Below the pieces are notes generated by a model. That model did no database searches, was not told the DNA's origin, and saw nothing but the letters and a program-made list of their open reading frames with translations. 64,000 bases of DNA, taken from positions 800,001 through 864,000 of the forward strand of contig CAVOKF010000005.1 in NCBI GenBank assembly GCA_963696385.1, written 5' to 3'. Made by a program: the position numbers and the translations under genes. The stretch's first letter is position 1. Each line of letters starts with the position of its first letter. Shown piece by piece: positions 9,243 to 19,196 of the stretch. This stretch comes from an uncultured delta proteobacterium. Its GTDB lineage: Bacteria; Myxococcota_A; Polyangia; Polyangiales; Polyangiaceae.

Positions 9243-10829
9243 TCACGGCAGCGCTAGCTCGCGCGTGTCGTGCTCCTTCCCATCGCGCAGCAAAGTCACT
9301 CGCAGCATGCGTACCTCGGCCGCGACCACGATGGGTACCCGAACCACCGCGTCGCCCGCCTTTGCGGGCAGCACGACATTCGCGCGGTTCCACGGACTCT
9401 CGAGCTCCGAGGAGGCGAGCGACGCGCGCCACGGCCAACGGGTCCCAGGTGTCGGAACGACCTCCACAGCCAGGCGCCAGGCGCCCGGCAAATCCGGGTA
9501 CCGGTGCGGCAGAGTGCCGGCGTAGGGCGAGAAGGCGAGGAAGTTCGCCTGTCGGCCGTACGCCGGTCCCGTGCGGCCGAAGACCGGTGGCTGGGTCGGC
9601 GTGTGCGCCGGAGCGTGCACGCTGGCCTCGACGACCACGCCGTCGGCCTGGGCCAGCGCCCGCACATCCGTGAGGCGCGGTTCCTCGAGTGGGCCTAGAA
9701 CCCGACCTGCGGGGTCCAGCCAGAGCGATGCCTTGCTACACGGCTCGTGGATTTCGTCGCTTGCGAGAGTGGCACACGCGCCGCATTGACAGCCGTCGCA
9801 CACCGGAAGCTCGGTGTCGCCGAGGAGGCCTCGTTCGGCGCGAAGCCATTGTTCCAGTGTGATCTCGTCGGGCGAGCCCGGACGGCTCTCGAGCCAGGCG
9901 TCGTGGTAGCGCGCGGCGGCGTCGACGCCGATGTAACGCACGTGCCAGGGCTCGCTCTTGTAACCCGTCTTCGGATCGATCGGCACGGGTCGATCCGTGC
10001 GCGTCGCGCAGCGCGAAGCGCCTTTGCGGTCGTCGGGATGGATGGGATAGGAGACCACGAACCCGAACCGCCAAGCGAAGTCGTCGAGCCAGGTGCCGCC
10101 ACGCGTGCACCCGAAGCCGTCGCGAAAGACCCCCCGGCCCGTTCGAGCTCCGTCGTCCATCCACTCCTTGGTGAATACGTCGAGCGTGGTTCCCAGCTGA
10201 TGCTGACTATGGCCCGGAAGGGCGCTCTGTTCGGTGGCCTCGCAGAATCCTCCGCGAGCCTGACGTGCCCAGCTGTCGAACACCCAGCACTGGGTCCCGA
10301 ACCCCCTGAATGCGGACTGAACGCGGCCCTCGATGCCCTCGGCGCGCATGGCGTCGAACATCGCGTGCAAGGCCATGGCCGCGTCGCGCCGAAGGCACTC
10401 GCGCTGCGAGCCGCACTCCGCGGCCGTGCGTGCTCTGCCATCCTTCAAGTCGACCAGATCGGTCGGCGCGTAGTCGGGTGCGAGCGCACCGGTCGGAGAG
10501 CGATTGACGATCGCCAGCCAATCGTCGCCGTTCACAAAGGCCACTCGCGTGTCGGCAGGTGCCAAGAAAGAATGAAACGGACCGCCGCGCTGCAGCGTGG
10601 GGCACGTGTAATGACCGATGGGGGTCGCAGGGCCGAAGGGAAACGCGTCGGTCGCCGTGAGGGTAGCGGTCGGGGTCGCCGTGAGGGTCGGGGTCTGGGG
10701 CGCGGTCGGGGTCGCGGTCGGGGTCGGCGTCACCAGGGCAGGGAGCGGCGTGTCCGTGTCGCCCGCCCTTGCCGCATGGCACCCACTCACGACCGCCAAC
10801 CAGGCCGTTGCGTATCGCAGCACGATCAC
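9243..10829 (-). CDS. M15B/VanY-like D-Ala-D-Ala carboxypeptidase with Pro/Thr linker and extra C-terminal domain
   Basis: SAFRGFGTQ, ALPGHSQHQLGTTLD, EPWHVRYIG; GTG start overlaps upstream TGA (GTGA). Confidence 0.82.
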   Translation of the reverse strand: MIVLRYATAWLAVVSGCHAARAGDTDTPLPALVTPTPTATPTAPQTPTLTATPTATLTATDAFPFGPATPIGHYTCPTLQRGGPFHSFLAPADTRVAFVNGDDWLAIVNRSPTGALAPDYAPTDLVDLKDGRARTAAECGSQRECLRRDAAMALHAMFDAMRAEGIEGRVQSAFRGFGTQCWVFDSWARQARGGFCEATEQSALPGHSQHQLGTTLDVFTKEWMDDGARTGRGVFRDGFGCTRGGTWLDDFAWRFGFVVSYPIHPDDRKGASRCATRTDRPVPIDPKTGYKSEPWHVRYIGVDAAARYHDAWLESRPGSPDEITLEQWLRAERGLLGDTELPVCDGCQCGACATLASDEIHEPCSKASLWLDPAGRVLGPLEEPRLTDVRALAQADGVVVEASVHAPAHTPTQPPVFGRTGPAYGRQANFLAFSPYAGTLPHRYPDLPGAWRLAVEVVPTPGTRWPWRASLASSELESPWNRANVVLPAKAGDAVVRVPIVVAAEVRMLRVTLLRDGKEHDTRELALP

Positions 10830-11638
10830 CACTCGATCTGGTACCGCGCCGGGTCGTTCCCGTTCACTCGCATGACCATCCGTGACGCGCTCAAGTGCAC
10901 CGTCGCATGGGCTGCCGCAGCCCGTCCGGGACCGTCGTCGTCGAGATTCTCGATGAGGCTCTGCACGGTGATGTACGGGATCGCTGCGATCACGTCGAGG
11001 TGGTTCCAGTGCAGGTGCCCGTTGATGACGGCGCGCACCCGATGCGATTGCTCGAAGGCATGGCGCAGCTCGGCGCGCTCCTTGACGAGCGCAAGGTGCG
11101 CGCGGCCTGGCCACCAGCGCGAGTCATCGAGGGATTGCTCGCTCGCCGAATGATGCATCAACACGATGGTGGGAGTGTTCGCGGCCGCCAGGTCGGCGTA
11201 AAGCCACTCGATCTGTGGGCCGGGGACGCGGACTTCGACGTCCTGCCGCTCGATCGTATGCAAAACGATGAAGTGCCACCCGGCCACGTCGAACGCATAG
11301 TAGAGGGGCCCGCTGCGCCCCCAAAATTCGTTCAAGTCGTTGCGGTTCAAGTGAATCATGTCGTGGTTGCCGGCGACGTTGACGATGGGTGCGCGCGACT
11401 GCCGCAAGATCGTCTGGCATTGCCCGTATCTCGCGAGGTCCGCCTCCCGCGATTCGTCCTCGATGTCGTCTCCGAGGTTGACGACCAGATCGGGGTGAAC
11501 GACGTCGTTCATCCGGTTTACGAAGTCGCGTGCGAGTGGGGCCGCGCGATGCGTCAGCTTGCGAAGTTTGCCCTGAAAGCGAGCTTCCGGCCCAAAGTGC
11601 AGGTCGGTCACGATGCCGATCGTCAGAGGGTCCGCCAT
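10826..11638 (-). CDS. Calcineurin-like metallophosphoesterase
   Basis: TDLH, NLGDD, AGNHD, MHH, GHLH metal-binding motifs. Confidence 0.9.
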   Translation of the reverse strand: MADPLTIGIVTDLHFGPEARFQGKLRKLTHRAAPLARDFVNRMNDVVHPDLVVNLGDDIEDESREADLARYGQCQTILRQSRAPIVNVAGNHDMIHLNRNDLNEFWGRSGPLYYAFDVAGWHFIVLHTIERQDVEVRVPGPQIEWLYADLAAANTPTIVLMHHSASEQSLDDSRWWPGRAHLALVKERAELRHAFEQSHRVRAVINGHLHWNHLDVIAAIPYITVQSLIENLDDDGPGRAAAAHATVHLSASRMVMRVNGNDPARYQIEW

Positions 11639-11737
11639 GCGCTCCATGCTATCAGGCTGGCGGCATCGGCTGCCCGGTTGCCTCGGTGCGCGCTCAGGTG
11701 GCGACCGGTCCTTCGGCGCATGATATTCGTCCTCATC

Positions 11738-12508
11738 ATGCGTCCCATCGTGATCGGTGCCGGCAGGGGCAGCCGCCTCGGGCCGGAGACAGACGACACC
11801 CCCAAAGCGCTCGTGGCGGTGATGGGCAGGCCGATGCTCGAATGGATCGTCGAGTCGCTAAGTGCGGCAGGGTTCAAGCGACGCGACGTCGTCTACATTT
11901 GCGGATACAAGGCGGACGTCGTGCGGGCCCGATATCCCGAATTCACGTTCGTCGAAAACCGCGACTGGGAGCACAACAACATCCTCGCATCGTTGCTCTG
12001 CGCTCGAGACGAACTCGCCGATGGATTCGTCTCGAGCTACGCGGATATCGTTTATCGTGGATCCACCGTACGCCGGCTCGTCGAGGCCGCGTACGACAAG
12101 GTCCTGGCATGTGACACGGACTGGCGCCGGCGCTACGTCGACCGATCGCTTCACCCCGAGAGCGATGGAGAAAAGATGCTCGCCGACGGCGACCGAATCA
12201 TCCAGTTGTCGAGGCGAATCCCACCCGATCGAGCCACCGGCGAATTCATCGGAGTGACGAAATTCTCTCCCGATGGCGCCCGAGAGCTCGTCGCCGCCTA
12301 CGACGAAGCGCGATCCCGTCACCAGGGTGCGACGTGGCGCGAGGGACGCAGCTTCGAGCGCGCTTACCTCATCGACCTGTTTCAGGACATGATCGAGCGA
12401 GGTTCGGCGTTTCATCGGGTCGACACGGACGGCGGATACATGGAGATCGACACCCTCGAGGATCTCGCGTGCGCCCAGAAGTGGTGGCGCGAGTCGCGTC
12501 CGGAGTGA
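11738..12508 (+). CDS. LicC/phosphocholine-cytidylyltransferase-like NTP transferase
   Basis: GAGRGSRLG...PKAL, NNILASL, SYADIVY, GEFIG, YMEIDTLEDL. Confidence 0.85.
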   Translation: MRPIVIGAGRGSRLGPETDDTPKALVAVMGRPMLEWIVESLSAAGFKRRDVVYICGYKADVVRARYPEFTFVENRDWEHNNILASLLCARDELADGFVSSYADIVYRGSTVRRLVEAAYDKVLACDTDWRRRYVDRSLHPESDGEKMLADGDRIIQLSRRIPPDRATGEFIGVTKFSPDGARELVAAYDEARSRHQGATWREGRSFERAYLIDLFQDMIERGSAFHRVDTDGGYMEIDTLEDLACAQKWWRESRPE

Positions 12509-13626
12509 CCTCGGCCTCCGCGGAGATCCGGCTCGAGGGCGTGACCAAGCGCTACGGGGCGCATCGGCGGCGCGAAAGCCCCCGGGCCGAAGCGGCCGAG
12601 GGCGCGCTCGATCGCGTCACGCTTTCGGTCGATCGTGGGGAAATCCTGGTCGTAGTGGGTCCGAGCGGTTGCGGAAAGTCGACGCTTCTGCGGGTCATCG
12701 CCGGCCTCGAGGAGCCCGACTCGGGGGTGGTGGCCATCGGTGGCCGTCCTATGACGGGCGTCGCGCCGCAAGAGCGCGACGTGGCGATGGTGTTTCAGGG
12801 ATACGCGCTCTATCCGCACATGACCGCGCGGCAGATCATGGAATTTCCGCTCAAGATGCGGCGAGTGCCCAGCGCGCGCCGGACGGATTCGGTCGTCGAG
12901 GTGGCCGGGCTTTTGCGGATCGAGCATTTGCTGGATCGCCGCCCGGCCGAAATGTCCGGCGGCGAACGGCAGCGCGTTGCTATGGGTCGAGCCATCGTCC
13001 GAAAGCCGCGGGCGTTTCTTTTCGACGAGCCGCTGTCCAACCTCGATGCGTCGCTTCGAGGCGACTTGCGCGGCGAGATTTCAACGCTCTTGCGCCGTCT
13101 GGGCGCCACCGCGATTTACGTGACGCATGACCATGTCGAGGCGATGACCCTTGCCGACCGAATCGCAGTGATGCGGGCGGGCCGGCTGCTGCAAGTCGGA
13201 ACGCCGCGCGAGGTCTACGAGCGTCCGGCGACAGCGTTCGTCGGTGCGTTCCTCGGCTCGCCGCGGATGAACTTCGTCGCGGCGCGGGTCGAGGGCGACG
13301 CGATCGTCGCCGGCCCATTCCGCTGGTCGCGTCCGGCCGTGGGGCTGCCGGAGCGATTCGAGATCGGCATCCGTCCCGAACACGTTCGACTCGGGGATGC
13401 GGGCGAGACGGGACCGGACGCGCCGGCTTGGCAGGGCGGTGAAATCGTGGCCGTCGAGCCGCTGGGGGCCGAAAGTCATCTCATCGTGCGGGTTGGTGGT
13501 CTCGACCTTCGCGCCCATGCGCCGGGCTTCGACGCGCGCCGCCGCGGCGATTCGGTGGGAGTCTTCGTCGACGCGTCGAGGATTCTTCTGTTCGAGGCGG
13601 AGGCGGGTCAGAATCGCCTCGGATGA
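12505..13626 (+). CDS. CUT1 ABC transporter ATP-binding subunit (UgpC/MalK-like)
   Basis: GPSGCGKST, MSGGERQRVAMGR, FDEPLSNLD, GIRPEH TOBE region; GTGA overlap. Confidence 0.93.
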   Translation: MTSASAEIRLEGVTKRYGAHRRRESPRAEAAEGALDRVTLSVDRGEILVVVGPSGCGKSTLLRVIAGLEEPDSGVVAIGGRPMTGVAPQERDVAMVFQGYALYPHMTARQIMEFPLKMRRVPSARRTDSVVEVAGLLRIEHLLDRRPAEMSGGERQRVAMGRAIVRKPRAFLFDEPLSNLDASLRGDLRGEISTLLRRLGATAIYVTHDHVEAMTLADRIAVMRAGRLLQVGTPREVYERPATAFVGAFLGSPRMNFVAARVEGDAIVAGPFRWSRPAVGLPERFEIGIRPEHVRLGDAGETGPDAPAWQGGEIVAVEPLGAESHLIVRVGGLDLRAHAPGFDARRRGDSVGVFVDASRILLFEAEAGQNRLG

Positions 13627-13730
13627 CGATTTGCCTCAGGGCGAGTGGCTCGCGGGCAGGCCCTATCGCTACACTCGGTTCGAGGGGCGTGAGACGGCAT
13701 CGGTGTCCCGTCGTAAGCTGGCGGGTCGCC

Positions 13731-15017
13731 GTGCCGCCTTCTCGCCGCGATATGCTCCGCGTGACCGCTGCGGCGTTTGCGTCCGCGCCGCTCGGCTGCG
13801 CCCCGCGCGATCGTGGAACCCGTGAGCGCGGCCGCGTCGTCGTGACGTTCTGGTACGCATTGGGCGATCTGAACCGCAAAGTCTTGCTGGATCGTGTCGC
13901 CGCATTCAACGCCAGCCAGTCGCGCATCGAGGTCAAGCCGGTCCATCAAGGGGACTATTTCGAGGCGCTCGCCAAGCTGCGCACCGCCATCGCCGCCGAT
14001 CGGGCGCCGACGCTTTCGCACGTCGTGCTTGAGGTGCTGCCGTACCTTGCACGCGCCGGCGTGCTCGAGCCCCTCGACCGGTACGACGCTGCCGGCAGTA
14101 TCCCCTTTATCCCGGCGCTCACGCAGGCGGGATCGTTCGCGGTGGATCCGCGCGATTCCGTCTTCGGGATTCCGTTCAATCGATCGACGCCGATCGTCTT
14201 CGCGAATCGGCATGCTCTCGATCGCGGCGCGGTAGCACTGCCGTCGAACTGGGAGGAGCTCGTCGACGTCGCGCGCCGACTGACGTGGCGCGCCGCCAAC
14301 GGCGAGACCCGCTTTGGATTCGAGGTGCCCATTTCCTGGTGGTATTGGGTCGCGATGGTGGGGCAGGGCGGTGGACGGCTGGTCGACGACCGCGGACGCG
14401 TCACGCTCGGCGGCGACGCCGGCGAGCGCGCGATTCGCTTTTGGCAGCGGCTCGTGCACGAGGACAAAGTGATGCGTCCTCCCGCCGGCCGCGACTACCA
14501 GGCGTGGCAATCGACCAACGAAAACTTCTTGCGAGGAGGCGTGGCGATGATCTGGAGCAGCACCGCGTTCGTCCGCTACCTCGAAGACAACGCGCCCTTT
14601 CCCGTCGTCGCGGGTCCGTTGCCCCGCGGGCCGGTCCGCGCCAGCGTTCCGACCGGGGGCACGATGTTCGTGATTCTGCGCGCGGCACCCGAGGAAGAGA
14701 AACGGGCGGCCTGGGAGTTTTTGCAATGGATGTGCGACGCCGATCAAGTGATCGCGTGGTCGACCCGAACGGGCTACATGCCCGTCACGAAGGTCGCCGT
14801 GGAGCGGTTGATCGCGCAAGGCTTCTACGAACGTCACCCCAACGACCGAGTTGCCTACGATCAACTCGCCGCCGTCGAGCCGTGGCCGTGGGCACCGGAG
14901 CTCTTTCGTATCGAGCGCGATGCGGTCGAGCCGCGGCTCGAGGATGCGGTGTTCGCTGGGCGCGACGCGCACGAAGTGATGCAGGAGGCGCGCGAGGACG
15001 CGCGCAGACCCGGGTGA
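13731..15017 (+). CDS. ABC substrate-binding lipoprotein (UgpB-like), Tat signal
   Basis: SRRDML twin-arginine plus LGC lipobox; GIPFNRSTP, TGYMPV typical of UgpB-like SBPs. Confidence 0.88.
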   Translation: MPPSRRDMLRVTAAAFASAPLGCAPRDRGTRERGRVVVTFWYALGDLNRKVLLDRVAAFNASQSRIEVKPVHQGDYFEALAKLRTAIAADRAPTLSHVVLEVLPYLARAGVLEPLDRYDAAGSIPFIPALTQAGSFAVDPRDSVFGIPFNRSTPIVFANRHALDRGAVALPSNWEELVDVARRLTWRAANGETRFGFEVPISWWYWVAMVGQGGGRLVDDRGRVTLGGDAGERAIRFWQRLVHEDKVMRPPAGRDYQAWQSTNENFLRGGVAMIWSSTAFVRYLEDNAPFPVVAGPLPRGPVRASVPTGGTMFVILRAAPEEEKRAAWEFLQWMCDADQVIAWSTRTGYMPVTKVAVERLIAQGFYERHPNDRVAYDQLAAVEPWPWAPELFRIERDAVEPRLEDAVFAGRDAHEVMQEAREDARRPG

Positions 15018-15886
15018 CGCCCCGTTCCCGATGGCATCCGTGGACGATGCTCGGACCGACCTTGGCTCTGCTGGTCGTATTTTTCATCGTTCCCATCGGC
15101 ATCGCGGCTTACGAGAGTTTCTTCTCTTGGGATCTGATCACGCCCCCCCGGTTCGTCGGCGGCGACAACTACCGAGCCGTCGCCGCTCATGGGGAGCTCG
15201 TCCGCATAGCGCTTCGAACGCTCGGCTACAGCGCGCTCGTCGTCTGCGGCACGATGTCGACCGGACTGGCGCTGGCGCTGTTGCTCGATCGCCCGGGTCG
15301 CGTGGTCGCGTTCGTCAGGGCGAGCATTTTCAGTGCGTACGTCGTCAGCTGGGTCGCCGTGGCGCTCTTGTGGATGTGGATCTTGGATCCGAACGCGGGC
15401 ATCGCCGGAAGCGTGTTGCGCGCGTTCGGCGTAACGCAGCTGTCCTTGTTGGGAGATCCCCGCTGGGCCCTTCCGACGCTTGCCTTGGTGGGCACGTGGA
15501 AGCTCACGGGATACGCGATGATCGTCTTTCTCGCGGGCTTGCAGAACATTCCCCGGCCGCTGCAAGAGGCCGCCGCGCTCGATGGAGCGCGCGCTCTGAC
15601 GCGACTGCGCTACGTCACGCTGCCACTTTTGGCCCCCACGGCCGCCTTCGTGGCGACGACGACCCTCGTCACGAGCTTTCAGGCGTTCGACATCGTGCGG
15701 ATCATCACGCAAGGGGGACCGGCACGCGCGACGGAACTGTTCGTTTACGCGATCTACGAGCAAATATTTCTGGACCTTCGCGTCGGGCGGGCGAGCGCTT
15801 TGACGGTGGTCTTCTTCGCCCTTTTGCTCGCGGCGTCCGCCCTTCAGCTTCGCGTGTGGAACGTGCGCGCAGGCTCGTCGCGATGA
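15014..15886 (+). CDS. CUT1 ABC permease (UgpA-like)
   Basis: FLAGLQNIP..LQEAAALDGA EAA loop; GTGA overlap. Confidence 0.92.
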   Translation: MTPRSRWHPWTMLGPTLALLVVFFIVPIGIAAYESFFSWDLITPPRFVGGDNYRAVAAHGELVRIALRTLGYSALVVCGTMSTGLALALLLDRPGRVVAFVRASIFSAYVVSWVAVALLWMWILDPNAGIAGSVLRAFGVTQLSLLGDPRWALPTLALVGTWKLTGYAMIVFLAGLQNIPRPLQEAAALDGARALTRLRYVTLPLLAPTAAFVATTTLVTSFQAFDIVRIITQGGPARATELFVYAIYEQIFLDLRVGRASALTVVFFALLLAASALQLRVWNVRAGSSR

Positions 15887-16707
15887 TCCAGGACCCGGCA
15901 CGACGCGCCACTTCGATGACGCTCGCTGGGGCGGCGGCGGTCGCGTGGATCTTTCCCTATGCGTGGATGATTGCGACGTCGTTCAAGACGCTGCCGGAGA
16001 TTGTGGCGCACCCGGCCGCCCCGTTGCCTTCCCGACTCGACCTCGGCGCTTACCGTGAGGTCTTCGCGGCGATGCCGATCGCACGGTACATGGCCTTGAG
16101 CATCGCCCAAGCGGCTGCGATCGCCGTGTCGCAGATCGCGCTTGCCCTTCCGGCCGGGTACGCGCTGGCGAAGCTGCACTTCGTCGGTCGTCGGTTTGCC
16201 GCAGCACTCGTGCTCGCATGCTTGCTCGTGCCGGCACAGGCGACTTTTGTTCCCGTATTCCTGATCTTCGCGAGGATTCGCCTCGTCGACACGTTCGTGG
16301 CGCTCGTTCTGCCCTTCGCCGCAAGCGCTCTGGGCACCTTTCTCGTGCGCCAGGCTCTGGTGAGCGTTCCGGATGCGATGATCGAGGCGGCGCGAATGGA
16401 CGGCGCGGGCGAGTGGACCATCGTGTACCGCATCCTCGGGCCGATCGTGAAGCCGACGCTCGTCTCGCTTTTGCTCGTGAGCTTCGTGTTCCACTACAAC
16501 GACTACTTCTGGCCCCTGGTCATGACGACCGACGATGCGGTCCGGACGCTGCCCCTCGGCGTGGCGCTGTTGCGCGAGCAGGGGACCGGCGTTCGCTGGC
16601 ACATCGTCATGGCGGGCAACACGATTCTTTCGTTGCCGGTGCTCGCACTGTTCGCGGTCGTGCAGAAGCAGCTGACCCGATCCGTCACCGATCGTTCGAT
16701 TCCGTGA
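15883..16707 (+). CDS. CUT1 ABC permease (UgpE-like)
   Basis: IEAARMDGA, YNDYFWPLV; ATGA overlap. Confidence 0.92.
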   Translation: MIQDPARRATSMTLAGAAAVAWIFPYAWMIATSFKTLPEIVAHPAAPLPSRLDLGAYREVFAAMPIARYMALSIAQAAAIAVSQIALALPAGYALAKLHFVGRRFAAALVLACLLVPAQATFVPVFLIFARIRLVDTFVALVLPFAASALGTFLVRQALVSVPDAMIEAARMDGAGEWTIVYRILGPIVKPTLVSLLLVSFVFHYNDYFWPLVMTTDDAVRTLPLGVALLREQGTGVRWHIVMAGNTILSLPVLALFAVVQKQLTRSVTDRSIP

Positions 16708-17083
16708 ATTCGATGATGGATGAGTCGTACAAATCGCGCACGAGCGCGAGTGCGTCGTCGTGGCTCATCGCCGATACCTCGATGATCGTTTCGAGATCGA
16801 GCGAGCCATCCATGAGCGAAAGCAGAAACCCGGCCCGGTGATCGAGCGGAAGCCGCTTGAGCGCGTCGCCGGTTACCGTGACCCTCGGCACCCCGGTTAC
16901 GGATCGCGCCCAAGCATCGTTGGTGCCGAGCGGATCGATCCTCCGCGTCGCCAGGCGAACCTCGGACGCTTTCTCGTTCGAATCGTCGGCCGCGGCCTTC
17001 GCCCACCGATCGGAATCGCGAGCAAATTGCGGGACGTCAAACGCCGGCGGCACGGTCGGTCGTGTGCTCGGTCGCGCCCGCAT
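16685..17083 (-). CDS. Hypothetical protein (myxobacterial LDHRAGFLLS-type C-terminal domain)
   Basis: 132-aa ORF; TATAAT 5 nt upstream of ATG. Confidence 0.6.
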   Translation of the reverse strand: MRARPSTRPTVPPAFDVPQFARDSDRWAKAAADDSNEKASEVRLATRRIDPLGTNDAWARSVTGVPRVTVTGDALKRLPLDHRAGFLLSLMDGSLDLETIIEVSAMSHDDALALVRDLYDSSIIEFTESNDR

Positions 17084-17261
17084 ATCGCATTATACGGCCA
17101 AAATGGCCTCGTCCACGACCCGAACCGTTCGATCGAAATTCGTCGACGAACACAATCTGGACTTGCCTGCGGCCCGCGCCCACGATCGCGCCCAAACCGC
17201 TCGACGTACGCTGACGTGCGACCGCGTCTTTCCGCGCGCGAGAGCCACCCGCACTTCGTCC

Positions 17262-19103
17262 TCACAAGACCGCGTTGGTTCCGTCCCATGGCGGCGGAAG
17301 AACCTTGACGATCGGGACGGCCGATGCCGTCCCTTGAAAGCCGGTCGGTCCGACAGGCCCGGCATTCGTCGAGCCCGCGCCGGCCTCCGCGCCTGCGTCC
17401 ACCAGGTCGCCCGTGGCCGGCGGCCCGCCCTCACCGCCGGATCCTGCCGCTGCACGAGGACCGGTCGGCAGGACGAACCGCGTCGACGCGTCGTACGCCG
17501 GGACCGGCGCACCGGCGGGCCCGTAAACGATAGCCGCCGAGACTCCGGCAGCTCCTCCCTGGCCGCCGGAGCCCCCCGCGCCGTTGCCCCCGTTGCCGCC
17601 ATTTTCCCAGGTGAGCAGCGTGCTACTGAGCACGTACCCAGCCCCGCCCCACTGGCCTGCCGCCCCATCGCCGCCGCGCCCCCCGTCGCCCCCCGCCGCG
17701 GTCGTTACCGTGCACGATGAGAGCACCACGGTGCTGTTCCACGCGAGCAGCGCAATGCTGCCGCCACCGCCCTGGCCGCCCGTACCCCCGGCACCCCCGC
17801 ACCCTCCGGCTCCGCCTGCGCCCCCGGTCTGCCTAATCAGGCCGTTATGCACAAAGCCCAAGCCTCCGCCGCCTCCCTGACCGGGCTGCCCCGCGGGACC
17901 GTCGCCGCCCGCCGTGGGGTTCCAGGTGAGCGGACTCTCCGATACGTTTCCGTAGGCGGCAGCGCCCGACGCCGCGGGCCGCGGGGGCCCGTCGGCACCG
18001 GGATCGCCGGGCCCGGAGCCGTTCGACGGAGCCCCATCGTGACCGGCCACCATCCAAGCTGGCGCAATCGTCGGATTCGAAGTGCCGGCGCCCGACGCAC
18101 TGAAGAGGCCGGCATCGACGCTGTACGCTCCCTCGCCCGAACCGCCGGTGGAACTGTCGTCCATGTATCGGCAGATGTTCGTCAGCCCCACCCCGGTGAT
18201 CGACGGGCTCAATGTATCCGCAGACCCGAAGTTCGCAGCGCCTGGTCGACCGTCGGCTCCATTGGCACCGGCGCCGGCGACGAGCGTGACACGCGTGAGT
18301 CGAACCGCGGAATTCGCGACGATCGCGGCGACGCTGGATGCGCCGGCGTTCGAGTTCGAACCAGAGTCGTCGGGGCTCGCACCCCCGTCCGATGCGGAGG
18401 TTGCGTCGGGAACGGTGAAGGCCAGATCCTCGACCTCGATGGGTGTCGCGTTATCGAGATCGGTGATGGACAACGCGTAGCCGTCCGACGGCGAAAGCAC
18501 GTCCGTTTCACCGCCGTCCCAAACCCAGCCGTCGGCGCACGCCAAGCCGCCGTAAAGATTCACGGGGTTCGACTGGATCGTAACCTGCTCCGGGTAGTTG
18601 CCGTCGCAAATAAATAAACGGGTCTTGCCGCTCAGGTGCGCGATCGCAAAACCGATGGTCGCAAAGGGGTGCTCCCTCGATCCATCGCCCTGGTCGCTGC
18701 CGGCGGCCGCCACGAAGACACCGTAGGCCTCGCTCACCAGGCATGACTCCGTCGATGGATCTCCCGCCTCGAGGTCGCACGACATCGTGGCTTGCTCGGC
18801 CTCGGACTCGAGCGGTGCGCCGTCGAGCGCAACGCCGGACTCGAGCGCAGCGCTCGCGTCGGACTCGGGCGGAGCGGGGATGTAAATCGCCGTGCCATCC
18901 GCCGTGCTCGAGTCGAACCCATCGAGCGTCGCACTGGCCTCTGTGGATGAGGCAGGCGGGGGCGCGTTGAAGGACCCGCCGTCGCATCCGACGCCAGCTC
19001 CCGTCGCAAGGCCGAGCCCGGCCACGACGGCCGATTTGCGGACCGCCCGCCATCGCGCCTCCGGCGGGGGAGCGCACGCAAAAGGGCCGCGTGTCGATGG
19101 CAT
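17262..19103 (-). CDS. Gly-rich PGRS-like secreted lipoprotein with DUF1565-like segment
   Basis: VGC lipobox; 'GVFVAAAGSD.GDGSREHPFATIGFAI'; GGAGGCGGAGG glycine tracts. Confidence 0.75.
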   Translation of the reverse strand: MPSTRGPFACAPPPEARWRAVRKSAVVAGLGLATGAGVGCDGGSFNAPPPASSTEASATLDGFDSSTADGTAIYIPAPPESDASAALESGVALDGAPLESEAEQATMSCDLEAGDPSTESCLVSEAYGVFVAAAGSDQGDGSREHPFATIGFAIAHLSGKTRLFICDGNYPEQVTIQSNPVNLYGGLACADGWVWDGGETDVLSPSDGYALSITDLDNATPIEVEDLAFTVPDATSASDGGASPDDSGSNSNAGASSVAAIVANSAVRLTRVTLVAGAGANGADGRPGAANFGSADTLSPSITGVGLTNICRYMDDSSTGGSGEGAYSVDAGLFSASGAGTSNPTIAPAWMVAGHDGAPSNGSGPGDPGADGPPRPAASGAAAYGNVSESPLTWNPTAGGDGPAGQPGQGGGGGLGFVHNGLIRQTGGAGGAGGCGGAGGTGGQGGGGSIALLAWNSTVVLSSCTVTTAAGGDGGRGGDGAAGQWGGAGYVLSSTLLTWENGGNGGNGAGGSGGQGGAAGVSAAIVYGPAGAPVPAYDASTRFVLPTGPRAAAGSGGEGGPPATGDLVDAGAEAGAGSTNAGPVGPTGFQGTASAVPIVKVLPPPWDGTNAVL

Positions 19104-19196
19104 GGCCCGTCGCTCCTTTTCCCAAGGCGGGTGCCCTGGCACCCTCTTCGGGCGTGACCGACCGACCGTTGCGCACGTACGAGCCGCGGCCATGGT

